Notes: generated by a model not told the origin, from the sequence alone. A stretch of DNA of 64,000 nt from Auanema rhodensis (GCA_964057225.1 OZ059899.1:21390001-21454000), one strand, 5' to 3'. Shown: positions 26,581-41,500, counted from the first letter of the stretch. A program made the numbers and translations.

Positions 26581-29500
26581 TTAGATTCCCCATGTCCATA
26601 TTAGTCTAAAAACAAATTTTTATTGATATTGGTGCATGGTAACCATGACTTTGAAATTTACGTGAACTTTAATTTATGCTAATTAAATGTACACGTGATG
26701 TGCACTTGGTATGTAACTCGCTTCACGTGAAAGATAAAGAGATGCGGTTTTCAAAATTAGATTCCCCATGTCCATATTAGTCTAAAAACAAATTTTTATT
26801 GATATTGGTTCATGGTAAACATGACTTTGAAATTTACGTGAACTTTAATTTATGCTAATTAAATGTACACGTGATGTGCACTTGGTATGTAACTCGCTTC
26901 ACGTGAAAGATAAAGAGATGCGGTTTTCAAAATTAGATTCCCCATGTCCATATTAGTCTAAAAACAAATTTTTATTGATATTGGTTCATGGTAAACATGA
27001 CTTTGAAATTTACGTGAACTTTAATTTATGCTAATTAAATGTACACGTGATGTGCACTTGGTATGTAACTCGCTTCACGTGAAAGATAAAGAGATGCGGT
27101 TTTCAAAATTAGATTCCCCATGTCCATATTAGTCTAAAAACAAATTTTTATTGATATTGGTGCATGGTAACCATGACTTTGAAATTTACGTGAACTTTAA
27201 TTTATGCTAATTAAATGTACACGTGATGTGCACTTGGTATGTAACTCGCTTCACGTGAAAGATAAAGAGATGCGGTTTTCAAAATTAGATTCCCCATGTC
27301 CATATTAGTCTAAAAACAAATTTTTATTGATATTGGTTCATGGTAAACATGACTTTGAAATTTACGTGAACTTTAATTTATGCTAATTAAATGTACACGT
27401 GATGTGCACTTGGTATGTAACTCGCTTCACGTGAAAGATAAAGAGATGCGGTTTTCAAAATTAGATTCCCCATGTCCATATTAGTCTAAAAACAAATTTT
27501 TATTGATATTGGTTCATGGTAACCATGACTTTGAAATTTACGTGAACTTTAATTTATGCTAATTAAATGTACACGTGATGTGCACTTGGTATGTAACTCG
27601 CTTCACGTGAAAGATAAAGAGATGCGGTTTTCAAAATTAGATTCCCCATGTCCATATTAGTCTAAAAACAAATTTTTATTGATATTGGTGCATGGTAACC
27701 ATGACTTTGAAATTTACGTGAACTTTAATTTATGCTAATTGAATGTACACGTGATGTGCACTTGGTATGTAACTCGCTTCACGTGAAAGATAAACAGATG
27801 CGGTTTTCAAAATTAGATTCCCCATGTCCATATTAGTCTAAAAACAAATTTTTATCGATATTGGTTCATGGTAACCATGACTTTGAATTTTACGTGAACT
27901 TTAATTTATGCTAATTAAATGTACACGTGATGTGCACTTGGTATGTAACTCGCTTCACGTGAAAGATAAAGAGATGCGGTTTTCAAAATTAGATTCCCCA
28001 TGTCCATATTAGTCTAAAACCATATTTTTATTGATATTGGTTCATGGTAAACATGACTTTGAAATTTACGTGAACTTTAATTTATGCTAATTAAATGTAC
28101 ACGTGATGTGCACTTGGTATGTAACTCGCTTCACGTGAAAGATAAAGAGATGCGGTTTTCAAAATTAGATTCCCCATGTCCATATTAGTCTAAAAACAAA
28201 TTTTTATTGATATTGGTTCTTGGTAAACATGACTTTGAAATTTACGTGAACTTTAATTTATGCTAATTAAATGTACACGTGATGTGCACTTGGTATGTAA
28301 CTCGCTTCACGTGAAAGATAAAGAGATGCGGTTTCCAAAATTAGATTCCCCATGTCCATATTAGTCTAAAAACCAATTTTTATTGATATTGGTGCATGGT
28401 AACCATGACTTTGAAATTTACGTGAACTTTAATTTATGCTAATTAAATGTACACGTGATGTGCACTTGGTATTTAACTCGCTTCACGTGAAAGATAAAGA
28501 GATGCGGTTTTCAAAATTAGATTCCCCATGTCCATATTAGTCTAAAAACAAATTTTTATTGATATTGGTTCATGGTAAATATGACTTTGAAATTTACGTG
28601 AACTTTAATTTATGCTAATTAAATGTACACGTGATGTGCACTTGGTATGTAACTCGCTTCACGTGAAAGATAAAGAGATGCGGTTTGCAAAATTAGATTC
28701 CCCATGTCCATATTAGTCTAAAAACAAATTTTTATTGATATTGGTTCATGGTAAACATGACTTTGAAATTTACGTGAACTTTAATTTATGCTAATTAAAT
28801 GTAGACGTGATGTGCACTTGGTATGTAACTCGCTTCACGTGAAAGATAAAGAGATGCGGTTTTCAAAATTAGATTCCCCATGTCCATATTAGTCTAAAAA
28901 CCAATTTTTATTGATATTGGTGCATGGTAACCATGACTTTGAAATTTACGTGAACTTTAATTTATGCTAATTAAATGTACACGTGATGTGCACTTGCTAT
29001 GTAACTCGCTTCACGTGAAAGATAAAGAGATGCGGTTTTCAAAATTAGATTCCCCATGTCCATATTAGTCTAAAAACAAATTTTTATTGATATTGGTTCA
29101 TGGTAACCATGACTTTGAAATTTACGTGAACTTTAATTTATGCTAATTAAATGTACACGTGATGTGCACTTGGTATGTAACTCGCTTCACGTGAAAGATA
29201 AAGAGATGCGGTTTTCAAAATTAGATTCCCCATGTCCATATTAGTCTAAAAACAAATTTTTATTGATATTGGTTCATGGTAACCATGACTTTGAAATTTA
29301 CGTGAACTTTAATTTATGCTAATTAAATGTACACGTGATGTGCACTTGGTATGTAACTCGCTTCACGTGAAAGATAAAGAGATGCGGTTTTCAAAATTAG
29401 ATTCCCCATGTCCATATTAGTCTAAAAACCAATTTTTATTGATATTGGTGCATGGTAACCATGACTTTGAAATTTACGTGAACTTTAATTTATGCTAATT

Positions 29501-32500
29501 AAATGTACACGTGATGTGCACTTGGTATGTAACTCGCTTCACGTGAAAGATAAAGAGATGCGGTTTTCAAAATTAGATTCCCCATGTCCATATTAGTCTA
29601 AAAACAAATTTTTATTGATATTGGTTCATGGTAAATATGACTTTGAAATTTACGTGAACTTTAATTTATGCTAATTAAATGTACACGTGATGTGCACTTG
29701 GTATGTAACTCGCTTCACGTGAAAGATAAAGAGATGCGGTTTTCAAAATTAGATTCCCCATGTCCATATTAGTCTAAAAACCAATTTTTATTGATATTGG
29801 TTCATGGTAACCATGACTTTGAAATTTACGTGAACTTTAATTTATGCTAATTAAATGTACACGTGATGTGCACTTGGTATGTAACTCGCTTCACGTGAAA
29901 GATAAAGAGATGCGGTTTTCAAAATTAGATTCCCCATGTCCATATTAGTCTAAAAACAAATTTTTATTGATATTGGTTCATGGTAACCATGACTTTGAAA
30001 TTTACGTGAACTTTAATTTATGTTAATTAAATGTACACGTGATGTGCACTTGGTATGTAACTCGCTTCACGTGAAAGATAAAGAGATGCGGTTTTTAAAA
30101 TTAGATTCCCCATGTCCATATTAGTCTAAAAACCAATTTTTATTGATATTGGTGCATGGTAACCATGACTTTGAAATTTACGTGAACTTTAATTTATGCT
30201 AATTAAATGTACACGTGATGTGCACTTGGTATGTAACTCGCTTCACGTGAAAGATAAAGAGATGCGGTTTTCACAATTAGATTCCCCATGTCCATATTAG
30301 TCTAAAAACAAATTTTTATTGATATTGGTTCATGGTAACCATGACTTTGAAATTTACGTGAACTTTAATTTATGCTAATTAAATGTACACGTGATGTGCA
30401 CTTGGTATGTAACTCGCTTCACGTGAAAGATAAAGAGATGCGGTTTTCAAAATTAGATTCCCCATGTCCATATTAGTCTAAAAACCAATTTTTATTGATA
30501 TTGGTTCATGGTAACCATGACTTTGAAATTTACGTGAACTTTAATTTATGCTAATTAAATGTACACGTGATGTGCACTTGGTATGTAACTCGCTTCACGT
30601 GAAAGATAAAGAGATGCGGTTTTCAAAATTAGATTCCCCATGTCCATATTAGTCTAAAAACCAATTTTTATTGATATTGGTGCATGGTAACCATGACTTT
30701 GAAATTTACGTGAACTTTAATTTATGCTAATTAAATGTACACGTGATGTGCACTTGGTATGTAACTCGCTTCACGTGAAAGATAAAGAGATGCGGTTTTC
30801 AAAATTAGATTCCCCATGTCCATATTAGTCTAAAAACAAATTTTTATTGATATTGGTTCATGGTAACCATGACTTTGAAATTTACGTGAACTTTAATTTA
30901 TGTTAATTAAATGTACACGTGATGTGCACTTGGTATGTAACTCGCTTCACGTGAAAGATAAAGAGATGCGGTTATTAAAATTAGATTCCCCATGTCCATA
31001 TTAGTCTAAAAACCAATTTTTATTGATATTGGTGCATGGTAACCATGACTTTGAAATTTACGTGAACTTTAATTTATGCTAATTAAATGTACACGTGATG
31101 TGCACTTGGTATGTAACTCGCTTCACGTGAAAGATAAAGAGATGCGGTTTTCAAAATTAGATTCCCCATGTCCATATTAGTCTAAAAACAAATTTTTATT
31201 GATATTGGTTCATGGTAACCATGACTTTGAAATTTACGTGAACTTTAATTTATGTTAATTAAATGTACACGTGATGTGCACTTGGTATGTAACTCGCTTC
31301 ACGTGAAAGATAAAGAGATGCGGTTTTTAAAATTAGATTCCCCATGTCCATATTAGTCTAAAAACCAATTTTTATTGATATTGGTGCATGGTAACCATGA
31401 CTTTGAAATTTACGTGAACTTTAATTTATGCTAATTAAATGTACACGTGATGTGCACTTGGTATGTAACTCGCTTCACGTGAAAGATAAAGAGATGCGGT
31501 TTTCACAATTAGATTCCCCATGTCCATATTAGTCTAAAAACAAATTTTTATTGATATTGGTTCATGGTAACCATGACTTTGAAATTTACGTGAACTTTAA
31601 TTTATGCTAATTAAATGTACACGTGATGTGCACTTGGTATGTAACTCGCTTCACGTGAAAGATAAAGAGATGCGGTTTTCAAAATTAGATTCCCCATGTC
31701 CATATTAGTCTAAAAACCAATTTTTATTGATATTGGTGCATGGTAACCATGACTTTGAAATTTACGTGAACTTTAATTTATGCTAATTAAATGTACACGT
31801 GATGTGCACTTGGTATGTAACTCGCTTCACGTGAAAGATAAAGAGATGCGGTTTTCAAAATTAGATTCCCCATGTCCATATTAGTCTAAAAACAAATTTT
31901 TATTGATATTGGTTCATGGTAACCATGACTTTGAAATTTACGTGAACTTTAATTTATGCTAATTAAATGTACACGTGATGTGCACTTGGTATGTAACTCG
32001 CTTCACGTGAAAGATAAAGAGATGCGGTTTTCAAAATTAGATTCCCCATGTCCATATTAGTCTAAAAACAAATTTTTATTGATATTGGTTCATGGTAAAC
32101 ATGACTTTGAAATTTACGTGAACTTTAATTTATGCTAATTAAATGTACACGTGATGTGCACTTGGTATGTAACTCGCTTCACGTGAAAGATAAAGAGATG
32201 CGGTTTTCAAAATTAGATTCCCCATGTCCATATTAGTCTAAAAACCAATTTTTATTGATATTGGTGCATGGTAACCATGATTTTGAAATTTACGTGAACT
32301 TTAATTTATGCTAATTAAATGTACACGTGATGTGCACTTGGTATGTAACTCGCTTCACGTGAAAGATAAAGAGATGCGGTTTTCAAAATTAGATTCCCCA
32401 TGTCCATATTAGTCTAAAAACCAATTTTTATTGATATTGGTGCATGGTAACCATGACTTTGAAATTTACGTAAACTTTAATTTATGCTAATTAAATGTAC

Positions 32501-35500
32501 ACGTGATGTGCACTTAGTATGTAACTCGCTTCACGTGAAAGATAAAAAGATGCGGTTTTCAAAATTAGATTCCCCATGTCCATATTAGTCTAAAAACAAA
32601 TTTTTATTGATATTGGTTCATGGTAACCATGACTTTGAAATTTACGTGAACTTTAATTTATGCTAATTAAATGTACACGTGATGTGCACTTGGTATGTAA
32701 CTCGCTTCACGTGAAAGATAAAGAGATGCGGTTTTCAAAATTAGATTCCCCATGTCCATATTAGTCTAAAAACAAATTTTTATTGATATTGGTTCATGGT
32801 AAATATGACTTTGAAATTTACGTGAACTTTAATTTATGCTAATTAAATGTACACGTGATGTGCACTTGGTATGTAACTCGCTTCACGTGAAAGATAAAGA
32901 GATGCGGTTTTCAAAATTAGATTCCCCATGTCCATATTAGTCTAAAAACCAATTTTTATTGATATTGGTGCATGGTAACCATGACTTTGAATTTTACGTG
33001 AACTTTAATTTATGCTAATTAAATGTACACGTGATGTGCACTTGGTATGTAACTCGCTTCACGTGAAAGATAAAGAGATGCGGTTTTCAAAATTAGATTC
33101 CCCATGTCCATATTAGTCTAAAAACATATTTTTATTGATATTGGTTCATGGTAACCATGACTTTGAAATTTACGTGAACTTTAATTTATGCTAATTAAAT
33201 GTACACGTGATGTGCACTTGGTATGTAACTCGCTTCACGTGAAAGATAAAGAGATGCGGTTTTCAAAATTAGATTCCCCATGTCCATATTAGTCTAAAAA
33301 CAAATTTTTATTGATATTGGTTCATGGTAACCATGACTTTGAAATTTACGTGAACTTTAATTTATGCTAATTAAATGTACACGTGATGTGCACTTGGTAT
33401 GTAACTCGCTTCACGTGAAAGATAAAGAGATGCGGTTTTCAAAATTAGATTCCCCATGTCCATATTAGTCTAAAACCCAATTTTTATTGATATTGGTTCA
33501 TGGTAAACATGACTTTGAAATTTACGTGAACTTTAATTTATGCTAATTAAATGTACACGTGATGTGCACTTGGTATGTAACTCGCTTCACGTGAAAGATA
33601 AAGAGATGCGGTTTTCAAAATTAGATTCCCCATGTCCATATTAGTCTAAAAACAAATTTTTATTGATATTGGTTCATGGTAACCATGACTTTGAAATTTA
33701 CGTGAACTTTAATTTATGCTAATTAAATGTACACGTGATGTGCACTTGGTATGTAACTCGCTTCACGTGAAAGATAAAGAGATGCGGTTTTCAAAATTAG
33801 ATTCCCCATGTCCATATTAGTCTAAAAACCAATTTTTATTGATATTGGTGCATGGTAACCATGACTTTGAAATTTACGTGAACTTTAATTTATGCTAATT
33901 AAATGTACACGTGATGTGCACTTGGTATGTAACTCGCTTCACGTGAAAGATAAAGAGATGCGGTTTTCAAAATTAGATTCCCCATGTCCATATTAGTCTA
34001 AAAACATATTTTTATTGATATTGGTGCATGGTAACCATGACTTTGAAATTTACGTGAACTTTAATTTATGCTAATTAAATGTACACGTGATGTGCACTTG
34101 GTATGTAACTCGCTTCACGTGAAAGATAAAGAGATGCGGTTTTCAAAATTAGATTCCCCATGTCCATATTAGTCTAAAAACAAATTTTTATTGATATTGG
34201 TTCATGGTAACCATGACTTTGAAATTTACGTGAACTTTAATTTATGCTAATTAAATGTACACGTGATGTGCACTTGGTATGTAACTCGCTTCACGTGAAA
34301 GATAAAGAGATGCGGTTTTCAAAATTAGATTCCCCATGTCCATATTAGTCTAAAAACCAATTTTTATTGATATTGGTGCATGGTAACCATGACTTTGAAA
34401 TTTACGTGAACTTTAATTTATGCTAATTAAATGTACACGTGATGTGCACTTGGTATGTAACTCGCTTCACGTGAAAGATAAAGAGATGCGGTTTTCAAAA
34501 TTAGATTCCCCATGTCCATATTAGTCTAAAAACATATTTTTATTGATATTGGTTCATGGTAACCATGACTTTGAAATTTACGTGAACTTTAATTTATGCT
34601 AATTAAATGTACACGTGATGTGCACTTGGTATGTAACTCGCTTCACGTGAAAGATAAAGAGATGCGGTTTTCAAAATTAGATTCCCCATGTCCATATTAG
34701 TCTAAAACCCAATTTTTATTGATATTGGTTCATGGTAAACATGACTTTGAAATTTACGTGAACTTTAATTTATGCTAATTAAATGTACACGTGATGTGCA
34801 CTTGGTATGTAACTCGCTTCACGTGAAAGATAAAGAGATGCGGTTTTCAAAATTAGATTCCCCATGTCCATATTAGTCTAAAAACCAATTTTTATTGATA
34901 TTGGTTCATGGTAACCATGACTTTGAAATTTACGTGAACTTTAATTTATGCTAATTAAATGTACACGTGATGTGCACTTGGTATGTAACTCGCTTCACGT
35001 GAAAGATAAAGAGATGCGGTTTTCAAAATTAGATTCCCCATGTCCATATTAGTCTAAAAACAAATTTTTATTGATATTGGTTCATGGTAAACATGACTTT
35101 GAAATTTACGTGAACTTTAATTTATGCTAATTAAATGTACACGTGATGTGCACTTGGTATGTATCTCGCTTCACGTGAAAGATAAAGAGATGCGGTTTTC
35201 AAAATTAGATTCCCCATGTCCATATTAGTCTAAAAACAAATTTTTATTGATATTGGTTCATGGTAACCATGACTTTGAAATTTACGTGAACTTTAATTTA
35301 TGCTAATTAAATGTACACGTGATGTGCACTTGGTATGTAACTCGCTTCACGTGAAAGATAAAGAGATGCGGTTTTCAAAATTAGATTCCCCATGTCCATA
35401 TTAGTCTAAAAACAAATTTTTATTGATATTGGTTCATGGTAAACATGACTTTGAAATTTACGTGAACTTTAATTTATGCTAATTAAATGTACACGTGATG

Positions 35501-38500
35501 TGCACTTGGTATGTAACTCGCTTCACGTGAAAGATAAAGAGATGCGGTTTTCAAAATTAGATTCCCCATGTCCATATTAGTCTAAAAACCAATTTTTATT
35601 GATATTGGTGCATGGTAACCATGATTTTGAAATTTACGTGAACTTTAATTTATGCTAATTAAATGTACACGTGGTGTGCACTTGGTATGTAACTCGCTTC
35701 ACGTGAAAGATAAAGAGATGCGGTTTTCAAAATTAGATTCCCCATGTCCATATTAGTCTAAAAACAAATTTTTATTGATATTGGTTCATGGTAAACATGA
35801 CTTTGAAATTTACGTGAACTTTAATTTATGCTAATTAAATGTACACGTGATGTGCACTTGGTATGTAACTCGCTTCACGTGAAAGATAAAGAGATGCGGT
35901 TTTCAAAATTAGATTCCCCATGTCCATATTAGTCTAAAAACAAATTTTTATTGATATTGGTTCATGGTAAACATGACTTTGAAATTTACGTGAACTTTAA
36001 TTTATGCTAATTAAATGTACACGTGATGTGCACTTGGTATGTATCTCGCTTCACGTGAAAGATAAAGAGATGCGGTTTTCAAAATTAGATTCCCCATGTC
36101 CATATTAGTCTAAAAACAAATTTTTATTGATATTGGTTCATGGTAACCATGACTTTGAAATTTACGTGAACTTTAATTTATGCTAATTAAATGTACACGT
36201 GATGTGCACTTGGTATGTAACTCGCTTCACGTGAAAGATAAAGAGATGCGGTTTTCAAAATTAGATTCCCCATGTCCATATTAGTCTAAAAACAAATTTT
36301 TATTGATATTGGTTCATGGTAACCATGACTTTGAAATTTACGTGAACTTTAATTTATGCTAATTAAATGTACACGTGATGTGCACTTGGTATGTAACTCG
36401 CTTCACGTGAAAGATAAAGAGATGCGGTTTTCAAAATTAGATTCCCCATGTCCATATTAGTCTAAAAACATATTTTTATTGATATTGGTTCATGGTAACC
36501 ATGACTTTGAAATTTACGTGAACTTTAATTTATGCTAATTAAATGTACACGTGATGTGCACTTGGTATGTAACTCGCTTCACGTGAAAGATAAAGAGATG
36601 CGGTTTTCAAAATTAGATTCCCCATGTCCATATTAGTCTAAAACCCAATTTTTATTGATATTGGTTCATGGTAAACATGACTTTGAAATTTACGTGAACT
36701 TTAATTTATGCTAATTAAATGTACACGTGATGTGCACTTGGTATGTAACTCGCTTCACGTGAAAGATAAAGAGATGCGGTTTTCAAAATTAGATTCCCCA
36801 TGTCCATATTAGTCTAAAAACCAATTTTTATTGATATTGGTTCATGGTAACCATGACTTTGAAATTTACGTGAACTTTAATTTATGCTAATTAAATGTAC
36901 ACGTGATGTGCACTTGGTATGTAACTCGCTTCACGTGAAAGATAAAGAGATGCGGTTTTCAAAATTAGATTCCCCATGTCCATATTAGTCTAAAAACAAA
37001 TTTTTATTGATATTGGTTCATGGTAAACATGACTTTGAAATTTACGTGAACTTTAATTTATGCTAATTAAATGTACACGTGATGTGCACTTGGTATGTAT
37101 CTCGCTTCACGTGAAAGATAAAGAGATGCGGTTTTCAAAATTAGATTCCCCATGTCCATATTAGTCTAAAAACAAATTTTTATTGATATTGGTTCATGGT
37201 AACCATGACTTTGAAATTTACGTGAACTTTAATTTATGCTAATTAAATGTACACGTGATGTGCACTTGGTATGTAACTCGCTTCACGTGAAAGATAAAGA
37301 GATGCGGTTTTCAAAATTAGATTCCCCATGTCCATATTAGTCTAAAAACAAATTTTTATTGATATTGGTTCATGGTAAACATGACTTTGAAATTTACGTG
37401 AACTTTAATTTATGCTAATTAAATGTACACGTGATGTGCACTTGGTATGTAACTCGCTTCACGTGAAAGATAAAGAGATGCGGTTTTCAAAATTAGATTC
37501 CCCATGTCCATATTAGTCTAAAAACCAATTTTTATTGATATTGGTGCATGGTAACCATGACTTTGAAATTTACGTGAACTTTAATTTATGCTAATTAAAT
37601 GTACACGTGATGGGCACTTGGTATGTAACTCGCTTCACGTGAAAGATAAAGAGATGCGGTTTTCAAAATTAGATTTCCCTTGTCCATATTAGTCTAAAAA
37701 CCAATTTTTATTGATATTGGTTCATGGTAACCATGACTTTGAAATTTACGTGAACTTTAATTTATGCTAATTAAATGTACACGTGATGTGCACTTGGTAT
37801 GTAACTCGCTTCACGTGAAAGATAAAGAGATGCGGTTTTCAAAATTAGATTCCCCATGTCCATATTAGTCTAAAAACAAATTTTTATTGATATTGGTTCA
37901 TGGTAACCATGACTTTGAAATTTACGTGAACTTTAATTTATGCTAATTAAATGTACACGTGATGTGCACTTGGTATGTAACTCGCTTCACGTGAAAGATA
38001 AAGAGATGCGGTTTTCAAAATTAGATTCCCCATGTCCATATTAGTCTAAAAACCAATTTTTATTGATGTTGGTGCATGGTAACCATGACTTTGAAATTTA
38101 CGTGAACTTTAATTTATGCTAATTAAATGTACACGTGATGTGCACTTGGTATGTAACTCGCTTCACGTGAAAGATAAAGAGATGCGGTTTTCAAAATTAG
38201 ATTCCCCATGTCCATATTAGTCTAAAAACATATTTTTATTGATATTGGTTCATGGTAACCATGACTTTGAAATTTACGTGAACTTTAATTTATGCTAATT
38301 AAATGTACACGTGATGTGCACTTGGTATGTAACTCGCTTCACGTGGAAGATAAAGAGATGCGGTTTTCAAAATTAGATTCCCCATGTCCATATTAGTCTA
38401 AAAACCAATTTTTATTGATATTGGTTCATGGTAACCATGACTTTGAAATTTACGTGAACTTTAATTTATGCTAATTAAATGTACACGTGATGTGCACTTG

Positions 38501-41500
38501 GTATGTAACTCGCTTCACGTGAAAGATAAAGAGATGCGGTTTTCAAAATTAGATTCCCCATGTCCATATTAGTCTAAAAACAAATTTTTATTGATATTGG
38601 TTCATGGTAAACATGACTTTGAATATTACGTGAACTTTAATTTATGCTAATTAAATGTACACGTGATGTGCACTTGGTATGTAACTCGCTTCACGTGAAA
38701 GATAAAGAGATGCGGTTTTCAAAATTAGATTCCCCATGTCCATATTAGTCTAAAAACCAATTTTTATTGATATTGGTTCATGGTAACCATGACTTTGAAA
38801 TTTACGTGAACTTTAATTTATGCTAATTAAATGTACACGTGATGTGCACTTGGTATGTAACTCGCTTCACGTGAAAGATAAAGAGATGCGGTTTTCAAAA
38901 TTAGATTCCCCATGTCCATATTAGTCTAAAAACAAATTTTTATTGATATTGGTTCATGGTAAACATGACTTTGAAATTTACGTGAACTTTAATTTATGCT
39001 AATTAAATGTACACGTGATGTGCACTTGGTATGTAACTCGCTTCACGTGAAAGATAAAGAGATGCGGTTTTCAAAATTAGATTCCCCATGTCCATATTAG
39101 TCTAAAAACCAATTTTTATTGATATTGGTTCATGGTAAACATGACTTTGAAATTTACGTGAACTTTAATTTATGCTAATTAAATGTACACGTGATGTGCA
39201 CTTGGTATGTAACTCGCTTCACGTGAAAGATAAAGAGATGCGGTTTTCAAAATTAGATTCCCCATGTCCATATTAGTCTAAAAACCAATTTTTATTGATA
39301 TTGGTTCATGGTAACCATGACTTTGAAATTTACGTGAACTTTAATTTATGCTAATTAAATGTACACGTGATGTGCACTTGGTATGTAACTCGCTTCACGT
39401 GAAAGATAAAGAGATGCGGTTTTCAAAATTAGATTCCCCATGTCCATATTAGTCTAAAAACAAATTTTTATTGATATTGGTTCATGGTAAACATGACTTT
39501 GAAATTTACGTGAACTTTAATTTATGCTAATTAAATGTACACGTGATGTGCACTTGGTATGTAACTCGCTTCACGTGAAAGATAAAGAGATGCGGTTTTC
39601 AAAATTAGATTCCCCATGTCCATATTAGTCTGAAAACCAATTTTTATTGATATTGGCGCATGGTAACCATGACTTTGAAATTTACGTGAACTTTAATTTA
39701 TGCTAATTAAATGTACACGTGATGTGCACTTGGTATGTAACTCGCTTCACGTGAAAGATAAAGAGATGCGGTTTTCAAAATTAGATTCCCCATGTCCATA
39801 TTAGTCTAAAAACCAATTTTTATTGATATTGGTGCATGGTAACCATGACTTTGAAATTTACGTGAACTTTAATTTATGCTAATTAAATGTACACGTGATG
39901 TGCACTTGGTATGTAACTCGCTTCACGTGAAAGATAAAGAGATGCGGTTTTAAAATTAGATTCCCCATGTCCATATTAGTCTAAAAACCAATTTTTATTG
40001 ATATTGGTGCATGGTAACCATGACTTTGAAATTTACGTGAACTTTAATTTATGCTAATTAAATGTACACGTGATGTGCACTTGGTATGTAACTCGCTTCA
40101 CGTGAAAGATAAAGAGATGCGGTTTTCAAAATTAGATTCCCCATGTCCATATTAGTCTAAAAACCAATTTTTATTGATATTGGTGCATGGTAACCATGAC
40201 TTTGAAATTTACGTGAACTTTAATTTATGCTAATTAAATGTACACGTGATGTGCACTTGGTATGTAACTCGCTTCACGTGAAAGATAAAGAGATGCGGTT
40301 TTCAAAATTAGATTCCCCATGTCCATATTAGTCTAAAAACCAATTTTTATTGATATTGGTGCATGGTAACCATGACTTTGAAATTTACGTGAACTTTAAT
40401 TTATGCTAATTAAATGTACACGTGATGTGCACTTGGTATGTAACTCGCTTCACGTGAAAGATAAAGAGATGCGGTTTTCAAAATTAGATTCCCCATGTCC
40501 ATATTAGTCTAAAAACAAATTTTTATTGATATTGGTTCATGGTAACCATGACTTTGAAATTTACGTGCACTTTAATTTATGCTAATTAAATGTACACGTG
40601 ATGTGCACTTGGTATGTAACTCGCTTCACGTGAAAGATAAAGAGATGCGGTTTTCAAAATTAGATTCCCCATGTCCATATTAGTCTAAAAACAAATTTTT
40701 ATTGATATTGGTTCATGGTAACCATGACTTTGAAATTTACGTGAACTTTAATTTATGCTAATTAAATGTACACGTGATGTGCACTTGGTATGTAACTCGC
40801 TTCACGTGAAAGATAAAGAGATGCGGTTTTTAAAATTAGATTCCCCATGTCCATATTAGTCTAAAAACAAATTTTTATTGATATTGGTTCATGGTAAACA
40901 TGACTTTGAAATTTACGTGAACTTTAATTTATGCTAATTAAATGTACACGTGATGTGCACTTGGTATGTAACTCGCTTCACGTGAAAGATAAAGAGATGC
41001 GGTTTTCAAAATTAGATTCCCCATGTCCATATTAGTCTAAAAACAAATTTTTATTGATATTGGTTCATGGTAAACATGACTTTGAAATTTACGTGAACTT
41101 TAATTTATGCTAATTAAATGTACACGTGATGTGCACTTGGTATGTAACTCGCTTCACGTGAAAGATAAAGAGATGCGGTTTTCAAAATTAGATTCCCCAT
41201 GTCCATATTAGTCTGAAAACCAATTTTTATTGATATTGGCGCATGGTAACCATGACTTTGAAATTTACGTGAACTTTAATTTATGCTAATTAAATGTACA
41301 CGTGATGTGCACTTGGTATGTAACTCGCTTCACGTGAAAGATAAAGAGATGCGGTTTTCAAAATTAGATTCCCCATGTCCATATTAGTCTAAAAACCAAT
41401 TTTTATTGATATTGGTGCATGGTAACCATGACTTTGAAATTTACGTGAACTTTAATTTATGCTAATTAAATGTACACGTGATGTGCACTTGGTATGTAAC

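Noticed and set aside
26560-26590. Array B as a transposon-like insertion with a target-site duplication
   Set aside because: No terminal inverted repeat or LTR is visible, and the far end of B is outside the window, so a TSD cannot be assessed.
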